DNA of 49,943 nucleotides, taken from positions 1 to 49,943 of IMG/VR virus record IMGVR_UViG_3300049828_000264. One strand, given 5' to 3'. Position 1 is the stretch's first letter; every line of letters starts with the position of its first letter. Positions 43,926 through 49,943 of this stretch are shown piece by piece. The position numbers were made by a program, and so were the translations under genes. A model generated the notes under the pieces. The model saw nothing but the letters and a program-made list of their open reading frames with translations, did no database searches and was not told the origin of the DNA. The DNA is from a virus (taxonomy: Duplodnaviria > Caudoviricetes).

Positions 43926-45028
43926 CAGCGCGCTTCCGCGATGCCCTGCTCCATCGCCTCGAGCGCACTCTTGGGCGCCGGGCGCGCTCCGCCAGCCGGG
44001 TTGCTGGCACGGAGCGGTGTGTTGGTCGGGACCGTCGTCGGCGTTGGTGCCGGGCGCGGTGCCGGCGCGGGCAGCTTGTCGTAGGCGCGCTTGAACGTAG
44101 CGGCCCACAGTGACGGGTGAATCTGTGCGAATACCGGCTTAAGCGACTCGACCAGAATCGGCTTTTTCGCGGCGTAGGCGGCGGGATCGGCCGCCATCAG
44201 CTGCCGGCCCAGCTCGCTAAGCTGGCGCTTGCCTTCTGTGACCGACTCCTGCGTCGTCTGCGCCTGGCGGGTCAGGGCGGCGCGGGTCTCGCCCGTCTCG
44301 CGCTCGAACTTTGCCTGCGCTCGCGCCGCGGCGATCTCCTGCGCGCGCTCCGGGCTCAGCCGGCCGGTCGAGACCTCGTTGATGAGGTCGTCGTGCCCTT
44401 CGAGGAGGTTGACGCCCGGGACCGCCTTGCCGAGCATCCGCGCGACGGCGCCGATCTCGCGCTGCATGAACTCCAGCGCCCGCTCCTTGTCGGCCCGATT
44501 CGGGCTGTTGATGAGGCGCAGGTAGTCGAGCGCCTGACCGAATTGCTCCGGCGACGCCTGCGTTTCCTTGATGACGCCGAAAATCTCATCGCGCTCGCGC
44601 GTCACGGTCTCGAGCTTTGTTGAGTTTTCCTTAACCATCCCGACGAGCGTCTGGATGCGCTCCTTGGTTTCGCGCTTGAGCGCATTCGGCAGTGGATCGT
44701 TGAGCGGGTCCGGGGCCTTTACTCCTCCAGCTTCCGCCGGAGCAACTGGCTTACCCTCAACATCAGCTTGATTTTCAGCCCCATCAGTAGAAACCGCAGG
44801 TTTATCCGTATCGACGCTTGCGGGCTCGCCATTTGCCGCAGCATCAGGCTTTGCGCCTGGCTCATCGCCGTCGCCGTCCGCCACACCAGCTCCCGGTGCA
44901 GCAGCATCAATCTCCGACGTGTTTTCAGGTTCACTGTTGTTCTCCTGCGGGGCGGGGGCCGGGCTTGCGCTCGCCTCGGCAAGACCAGTGTTCACAGCGG
45001 CCAGCAGGCCGGATTCCTCAAGGGGCAT
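43925..45028 (-). CDS. Capsid scaffolding protein
   Basis: Acidic Pro/Ala-rich N-terminus, coiled coils, Pro linker and terminal helix; between portal and capsid. Confidence 0.8.
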   Translation of the reverse strand: MPLEESGLLAAVNTGLAEASASPAPAPQENNSEPENTSEIDAAAPGAGVADGDGDEPGAKPDAAANGEPASVDTDKPAVSTDGAENQADVEGKPVAPAEAGGVKAPDPLNDPLPNALKRETKERIQTLVGMVKENSTKLETVTRERDEIFGVIKETQASPEQFGQALDYLRLINSPNRADKERALEFMQREIGAVARMLGKAVPGVNLLEGHDDLINEVSTGRLSPERAQEIAAARAQAKFERETGETRAALTRQAQTTQESVTEGKRQLSELGRQLMAADPAAYAAKKPILVESLKPVFAQIHPSLWAATFKRAYDKLPAPAPRPAPTPTTVPTNTPLRASNPAGGARPAPKSALEAMEQGIAEAR

Positions 45029-45040
45029 TTTTCTCTCCTG

Positions 45041-47248
45041 TTACAGAACGGGTGCGCTCAGCTCCGGCGCTTGCAGGTTGGGGTCGACCAGCTCCGGGTT
45101 GGCCGGCGCGCCCGCGGGGTTCTGCGTATCCGGCTGACCGACGCCGCCGTCAGGGATCGGCACCCCGCCGGGCGCCATCGGGTCGGCGGGCATCCCCGGC
45201 GCGCCCGGCATCGGGGCTCCGGGCAGCGTCGGCGGAGCGACGATCGGCTTCGGCACGAAGCGCAGCACGTCGCTCTCATCGCCCATGCGGACCATCGTTT
45301 CCTGCAGCAGCGCGATCAGCGCGTCGGCCATGCTCAGATCGCCGGTGGCGTACGCCTGGCGGATCAGCAGCATCGTTTCCTTGATGACTGGCATTACGAC
45401 GCCCCAAGCGTCCTTGTCTCCGCTCGACTTCGGCTTGCCCGTGGTGCCGGCTTCGATCTCCACCTCGACCATCGTGAGGAGGTCGTCGGTGGCCATGCCG
45501 TGCGGCCAGAACGCCTTGGCGCCAGCGATGCGGGTCGCGTCCTTGTCGTCGAGCGCGTTGAGTGCGATCTCGGCGGTGTAGTGCGCGAGGTCGCTCAGCA
45601 TCGTTTCGAGCACGTCGCGGTCGGCGGTTGTGCGCGAGGCGAAACCGGACTGCTGAATCTCCGCCTCGGTGGCCGTCTTGGGCGCCGTCGACGACTGTTG
45701 CAGCGCTTCCTGCACGCCGGAGAGGCGCTCCATGTCGGAAAGGATCGAGGAGGTATCGAACAGGCGCATGTCGCCGACTTCGATCGGCTTCGCCACGAAA
45801 ATGTCGCGCAACGGCTGATCGGGCGAGGTCGGCTTGATGCCGACGAACTCCTGATGCACCGAGCGCTCGATCTTCTGCACGTCCTCGGTGTTGAGCGAGG
45901 TCGCGTTGAACAAAGTACCCGGTACCGCGCGCTGCCGCGTCAAGCGTTCGCTTGAGCGGACAGAACTGTACTCGTCCTGCAGCTTGGCAAGACGCCAAGA
46001 CAGCGATTGCGGATGACGAGAACCGTCAACCGGGTAGAAAGCGGTGAGGAAGTACGGGTAGAACCGCGTGCTCGGATAGTCCGGCTGATACGGCGGCTTG
46101 GCCCATTTCTTGAGGCCCTCGATCATCGTGTGAACGTGGCCGGTCTCGCGGTTCCACAGCTCGACCACCTTGACCATCGCCCCGCCCTTGCCAGTCTCAT
46201 CGCCGTTGCCGGCCACGTACTGCTCGGCTTCCTCGGCGTTGGAGTCGGGACCCGCGATGTTGGTGACGCGGACCGCATCCGAGAGCGGTTGCAGCTCTTT
46301 GGACTTGCGCTGGTAGTAGCACTTGGCGTCCTTGAGGTCCGCTTCGGTCAAGGCCGGGAACATCGAGGTGGCGCGATTGAGCGGGCGATAGATCGCGTTG
46401 GCGTTCCAGCCGGCATTGACGTGATCGGTGACGTCGCGCACGTCGAGCGATACCTGCATATCCTCGGCCGCGATGAAGTCGACGGCCATACCCTTGCGGA
46501 TGGCCACCTCGAGCTTGGACGACACGCTGGCCTCCAGCTCGACCAGGCGCAAGCGCTCCGCGTCCAGCTCCTCGGGGCTCATCGTGTCGTACTTGCTTTC
46601 CTGCGCCGGCTCTGTCTCCGTTCCGCCCAGCTCGGCCAGCGGGTCGGTGCCCACGGCGTCGGCCGCGGCGAGCTTGGCCTTGAGCGCTTCGATCTGCGCA
46701 AGGTTCGAGCGCAGATCGTTCAGCTCGTTCTTGAGCTGTGGGATGTTGGTGCCGTTCGAGACGACGATCGCCTTGATCCAGCCGACGCCGACGCTCAGCG
46801 TCGAGCGCACCTGCGATCTGCAATTGACCTTGAGCCGCGCGCTCGGCGCGCGCCACAGGCTCGAGACAACGAGCTGGATCGTCTTGGCGAAGTCGTCCTC
46901 TTGCTCGGTGCCGAGCGGGTCAACGCGCGGCGCCTTGCTGGCAGAGACGTCGGGGTTGCGCGCGTAGAGGAACGAGACAAGGATGTCGATGAACGCGCCG
47001 ATAAGGTTGGCGCTCACCGCCCAATTGGTCTGCGCGGTGCCGGCGGCGTAGCGCCGGTCGATGGCGTACTGCGCTCGCGCTTCCTTGTCGAACTCGCGCG
47101 CTTCCTCGTATTCCTTCCACAGCGCCTTGACTTCGTTTTCCTCGACCTGGCGCAGCCGTTCCTTCTCCGCGTTGCCGTCGAGGCTGTTGGCTTCGGTGAC
47201 GCCCGCGTCTACCGCGTCCAGCATCGGGTCTGTTTCAGTGGGGTCCAC
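45041..47248 (-). CDS. Portal protein (P22/podovirus type)
   Basis: Follows TerL; VVELW, YP, LQ.EY, ME.LSGV, KTATEA.I, Pro-rich tail; GAGG RBS before GTG. Confidence 0.9.
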   Translation of the reverse strand: MDPTETDPMLDAVDAGVTEANSLDGNAEKERLRQVEENEVKALWKEYEEAREFDKEARAQYAIDRRYAAGTAQTNWAVSANLIGAFIDILVSFLYARNPDVSASKAPRVDPLGTEQEDDFAKTIQLVVSSLWRAPSARLKVNCRSQVRSTLSVGVGWIKAIVVSNGTNIPQLKNELNDLRSNLAQIEALKAKLAAADAVGTDPLAELGGTETEPAQESKYDTMSPEELDAERLRLVELEASVSSKLEVAIRKGMAVDFIAAEDMQVSLDVRDVTDHVNAGWNANAIYRPLNRATSMFPALTEADLKDAKCYYQRKSKELQPLSDAVRVTNIAGPDSNAEEAEQYVAGNGDETGKGGAMVKVVELWNRETGHVHTMIEGLKKWAKPPYQPDYPSTRFYPYFLTAFYPVDGSRHPQSLSWRLAKLQDEYSSVRSSERLTRQRAVPGTLFNATSLNTEDVQKIERSVHQEFVGIKPTSPDQPLRDIFVAKPIEVGDMRLFDTSSILSDMERLSGVQEALQQSSTAPKTATEAEIQQSGFASRTTADRDVLETMLSDLAHYTAEIALNALDDKDATRIAGAKAFWPHGMATDDLLTMVEVEIEAGTTGKPKSSGDKDAWGVVMPVIKETMLLIRQAYATGDLSMADALIALLQETMVRMGDESDVLRFVPKPIVAPPTLPGAPMPGAPGMPADPMAPGGVPIPDGGVGQPDTQNPAGAPANPELVDPNLQAPELSAPVL

Positions 47249-48888
47249 TAGCTGTACCTCGTCGTCATCGGTTCGGCGTCGGTCGATTCGAGCCATGCAG
47301 CGGTGAATGGCAGCAGTTGCTTCTTCACCTCCTGGACGGGCTGGTGGGGAGCCATCATCGCATCGACGCCGCGGCCGATCAAGCCGCACACGTCCGCCGC
47401 GTCGTCATACTTGCCGGCCGGGAAGGCGCAGAGCTGGTCGACCAGGCGGGTCGCCCACGGCCGTTTGAGGGGCAGGTAGACCAGCCCGGCGGCGGCCCGC
47501 GCCTGAAACGACGCCAGCTTGACCGACTTGTTCTTGATCGAAACGAGCGGCTCGATCTGCACGTAGACGGGGGGCTGGTGCTCGCGCATCGCCCGGGTGA
47601 TGGCCGGGCTGATGGCCGCATCGATCGGGCCGCCTTCGTGCCACCAGCGGTACGGGTGCCAGCGATGGACCAGCGAGGTCTGCGCATCGATCGAGACGTC
47701 GGTCGTTTTCTGCCCCGACCACCAATCCAGAAAGTAGAACGGTGCGGCCTTGATGATGCGGTCCCCCACGGCCACCGTCACCTTGCCCTCGGCGAGCCCG
47801 ACGATGCCGTGCTCCGTGAAGTCGCCCTTGTCCTCCTTGGTCGCGTAGTCCGAGGCGCCGTAGATGGTGAGCTGCTTGGGCCGCCCGCCCTGCGTCCCGG
47901 GCGCGACGTCGGGGTCGTACCAGTTGAACCACTCGCGCTTGAACTCGAGGCCCTCACCGGCGGAGGGGCGCTGCTGGAACAGCGCCGACCACGTGCGCGT
48001 CGCCCGGGGGTTGTGCTCCCACTGCGCCCAATGCGCTTCGGGAAACCACTCAGGCCATAGGTATTCACCGGGGGCGCGGCCGAGCGGGTCGTCGGGGTGC
48101 TCGGCCTTGGCCGGGATGTTGAGCACCTCCCACCACTGGCCGTCGCGGCACAGCACCATGCCTGACTGGCCCTTGTAGTCCTCGGGCAAGTTGCGCCCGG
48201 CGAGGTCGTTCTCGTTCCAGCGCGTCTGGATCAGCGCGATCCAGCCGCCGGGCAGCAGTCGCGTCGTCGCGGCGTCGATGAACTCCGCCTCGATCTTGTC
48301 CTGGATGGTGGGCGAGTCCGCTTCCTCGCGGTTGGCCACCGGGTCGTCAATGATGATCCCGTTGGCGCGGTTGCCGGTGATGCCGGCGAGCAAACCGGCC
48401 GCCATGAATTCGGAGCCGTTGGACAGCGCCCACTGGTCGACGGCTTTCTGGTCCTTCGCCAGTATCGGGCGATCCTTCCAGATCGACACGTGATCGTTGC
48501 TGCGGCACAGCGCGCGGGCCTTGCGCGACTGCTTGGCGGCGATCTTCGTCGCGTAGCTGGCAATGATGATGCGGTAGCCCGGTGTGCGGGACAGGAGCCA
48601 CGCCGGGGTGACGACGGAGGCGTAGGAGGACTTGGCCGAGCCCGGCGGCGCGAAGATCATCAGCCGGCCGCGCGGTTTGCGCACCGTCCGCTCGAGCGCC
48701 TCGAGGATGATGCGGTGATGCAGCGCAAGGCTGGTCTCCACCGACTTGAACTGTTCGGAGTCGGGGTCGGGGTTGACCGGCGCGCCCGGGATGTCGATGG
48801 AACGCGCGTACTCCACCAGGCTTGCGCGAGCCCGTTGCCGTCGTAGCAACTCGAGCGCCGCGGTGCGGCTGGTGATGTCGTCAGTCAA
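47248..48888 (-). CDS. terL: Terminase large subunit
   Basis: APPGSAKS Walker A, GITG.RA, IIDDP, IQTRW..NDL.G, FQQRP, SDYA, FPAGKYDD..D. Confidence 0.95.
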   Translation of the reverse strand: MTDDITSRTAALELLRRQRARASLVEYARSIDIPGAPVNPDPDSEQFKSVETSLALHHRIILEALERTVRKPRGRLMIFAPPGSAKSSYASVVTPAWLLSRTPGYRIIIASYATKIAAKQSRKARALCRSNDHVSIWKDRPILAKDQKAVDQWALSNGSEFMAAGLLAGITGNRANGIIIDDPVANREEADSPTIQDKIEAEFIDAATTRLLPGGWIALIQTRWNENDLAGRNLPEDYKGQSGMVLCRDGQWWEVLNIPAKAEHPDDPLGRAPGEYLWPEWFPEAHWAQWEHNPRATRTWSALFQQRPSAGEGLEFKREWFNWYDPDVAPGTQGGRPKQLTIYGASDYATKEDKGDFTEHGIVGLAEGKVTVAVGDRIIKAAPFYFLDWWSGQKTTDVSIDAQTSLVHRWHPYRWWHEGGPIDAAISPAITRAMREHQPPVYVQIEPLVSIKNKSVKLASFQARAAAGLVYLPLKRPWATRLVDQLCAFPAGKYDDAADVCGLIGRGVDAMMAPHQPVQEVKKQLLPFTAAWLESTDAEPMTTRYS

Positions 48889-48897
48889 TGGGCCCCC

Positions 48898-49377
48898 TCA
48901 CTCCCACGGCTCGGGTTCGCGCTCCGGGGTAGGCGGAGTATTGTCAATTTCAATTTGACTTGCAACCGGCGGGTCCTTTTTGGCGATCGGGCCCCAAATG
49001 GAGCGCCCCGGGCCATTTCCGTTTTGCGGGTCCTCTTTGGGGCCCCCCAGCACGGTTCGCGGATCGCGGGTCCTCTTTGGGGCCCCTCCCGGCAAGCGCA
49101 CGGCGTAGGGCGATTCGGGGTTCTCGGTAGGCGCGTCAGATGGTACCGAATCATCAGCGGGTACCGCGGGTCCCCTTTCCCGGGGGTGTACCCCCCTTGC
49201 GATGCGCAACAGCTCGTCGTCGCTGAGCGCGAGCGCGTCTGCCTGCCTGGCGCCAGGCGCATCGTGCTCCAGTAGCAGCTGCGCAGCTCTCACGCGGTCG
49301 GCGGGTTTCACCCCCGCGCCGTTGAGCGTATCGCGTAGCACTTGCAGCGCTGCTGTTCGGTCATTGGTTTCCAGCAT
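48898..49377 (-). CDS. Putative terminase small subunit
   Basis: GGGAGG RBS; upstream of TerL; RV.AA..LL, LSDDEL..IA; disordered repeat-containing C-terminus. Confidence 0.7.
   Translation of the reverse strand: MLETNDRTAALQVLRDTLNGAGVKPADRVRAAQLLLEHDAPGARQADALALSDDELLRIARGVHPRERGPAVPADDSVPSDAPTENPESPYAVRLPGGAPKRTRDPRTVLGGPKEDPQNGNGPGRSIWGPIAKKDPPVASQIEIDNTPPTPEREPEPWE
48969..49180. repeat. GCGGGTCCYYTTT repeats inside terS (four copies)
   Basis: GCGGGTCCTCTTTGGGGCCCC exact at 49026-49046 and 49066-49086; shorter variants at 48969 and 49166. Confidence 0.85.
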
Positions 49378-49410
49378 TTTAGCCTCCCGAATCGCGGTAA
49401 ATGAGCCCAA

Positions 49411-49419
49411 AGCATACCA
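49411..49419 (-). promoter_or_regulatory. Possible extended -10 promoter for the late operon
   Basis: TGgTATGCT on - strand about 35 nt upstream of terS; no recognisable -35. Confidence 0.35.
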
Positions 49420-49433
49420 AAAACGGACAATCT

Positions 49434-49712
49434 GTAACCCGTGTTACCGATAAAAAGCGACGGGTTACGGGTAGGGTAACGGAAAAAAGCGTTATGCGCC
49501 AAGGGTTTGCGCGCGTGTAACCATCGTTACCGTGTAACCGCGGTATGCGGAACTATATAGGGCTATATATAGCATATCTTAATAATCTAACTATCCCATA
49601 TATTAAATGATAGGTAACAGGTAACCCCTAAGCGTGGGAGGGTTTAACAATCAATGACTTGCGAGCCGTAACCGTACTTTAAAATAGGGTTACGCGGTCC
49701 GGTTACGGTTAC
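49434..49712. repeat. GTAAC/GTTAC iteron array around AT-rich core, putative replication origin
   Basis: 13 copies in both orientations; AT-rich stretch about 49551-49612. Confidence 0.7.
49649..49661 (+). promoter_or_regulatory. IHF consensus site 1
   Basis: AATCAATGACTTG matches WATCAANNNNTTR. Confidence 0.65.
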
Positions 49713-49721
49713 ACCGCAAAC

Positions 49722-49770
49722 TGACAAGGATTGTCACAATGTGACGTCACTTTCTGACAATTATTGTCAG
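49722..49770. promoter_or_regulatory. Two TGACAA-N3-TTGTCA palindromes, candidate activator/operator sites
   Basis: 49722-49736 and 49755-49769 (33 bp apart) with GTGACGTCAC between. Confidence 0.65.
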
Positions 49771-49790
49771 TCCGGCCGCGGCGTGCTGCG

Positions 49791-49803
49791 CAAGTCATTG
49801 ATT
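49791..49803 (-). promoter_or_regulatory. IHF consensus site 2
   Basis: Reverse complement AATCAATGACTTG; part of 15-bp inverted repeat with site 1. Confidence 0.65.
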
Positions 49804-49820
49804 CTATTGGCGGCCAATGT

Positions 49821-49836
49821 TGGCACGCTTGCTGCA
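49821..49836 (+). promoter_or_regulatory. Sigma-54 (RpoN) -24/-12 promoter candidate for early genes
   Basis: TGGCACGCTTGCTGCA: GG-N10-GC, one mismatch to TGGCACG-N4-TTGCW. Confidence 0.65.
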
Positions 49837-49878
49837 TTGTCTTTGGTGCGGCGAGGTGCCGCATAGGAGTAAAACGCC

Positions 49879-49943
49879 ATGATCCCGAAGTCGCTGCACA
49901 CTGTGTCTGTTCTGGTGGCCGTCGCCAAACTCTGCCCATTCGA
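49879..49943 (+). CDS. 5' part of first early gene (truncated by window edge)
   Basis: AGGAG RBS, ATG 49879, open to the end (MIPKSLHTVSVLVAVAKLCPF). Confidence 0.6.
   Translation, partial: MIPKSLHTVSVLVAVAKLCPF

Larger units (their letters stand above)
1..49943. mobile_element. Near-complete tailed dsDNA phage genome, podovirus-like, probably lytic
   Basis: Terminase, portal, scaffold, capsid, tail/ejection, lysis and replication genes in two convergent arms; no host housekeeping genes, integrase or tape measure recognised. Confidence 0.95.

Noticed and set aside
1-49943. Integrated prophage or temperate lifestyle
   Set aside because: No integrase, repressor, partition genes, att-flanked host DNA or host genes recognised; unknown small ORFs leave some uncertainty

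Overview
The whole window reads as a near-complete, high-GC, tailed dsDNA phage genome. It is podovirus-like (no tape-measure gene; tail-tube and ejection-protein module). I see no integrase, repressor or RNA polymerase. The Rz/Rz1 spanins indicate a Gram-negative host. + strand, 1-16.7 kb: a chain of small translationally coupled early genes, then a replication module (Prim-Pol/VapE primase-helicase, DUF2800-like nuclease, DUF2815-like SSB, family A DNA polymerase, VRR-NUC, C5-MTase-like protein, SNF2 helicase, dATP/dGTP diphosphohydrolase-like protein) and tiny membrane or Cys-rich genes. - strand, 49.4 down to 16.9 kb: TerS, TerL, portal, scaffold, major capsid, tail adaptor/nozzle, ejection proteins, fibres, lysis cassette, an A1-like metallophosphoesterase, a second probably structural module and an HslV-like peptidase. 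Most striking: (1) a four-gene ATP-grasp ligase / membrane protein / GT-A glycosyltransferase / DUF115-like transferase cassette between scaffold and major capsid genes, a candidate virion glycosylation-and-aminoacylation system; (2) a control region with GTAAC iterons, two IHF consensus sites, paired palindromes and a sigma-54-type promoter in canonical enhancer spacing; (3) an A-x-x-x-E-F-x-x-L motif shared by four replication-region proteins; (4) repeated gene-junction sequences in the early region; (5) a multi-stem RNA in front of the capsid gene. All family assignments are motif recognition by eye, not database searches, and many start codons were re-chosen from RBS and overlap patterns.
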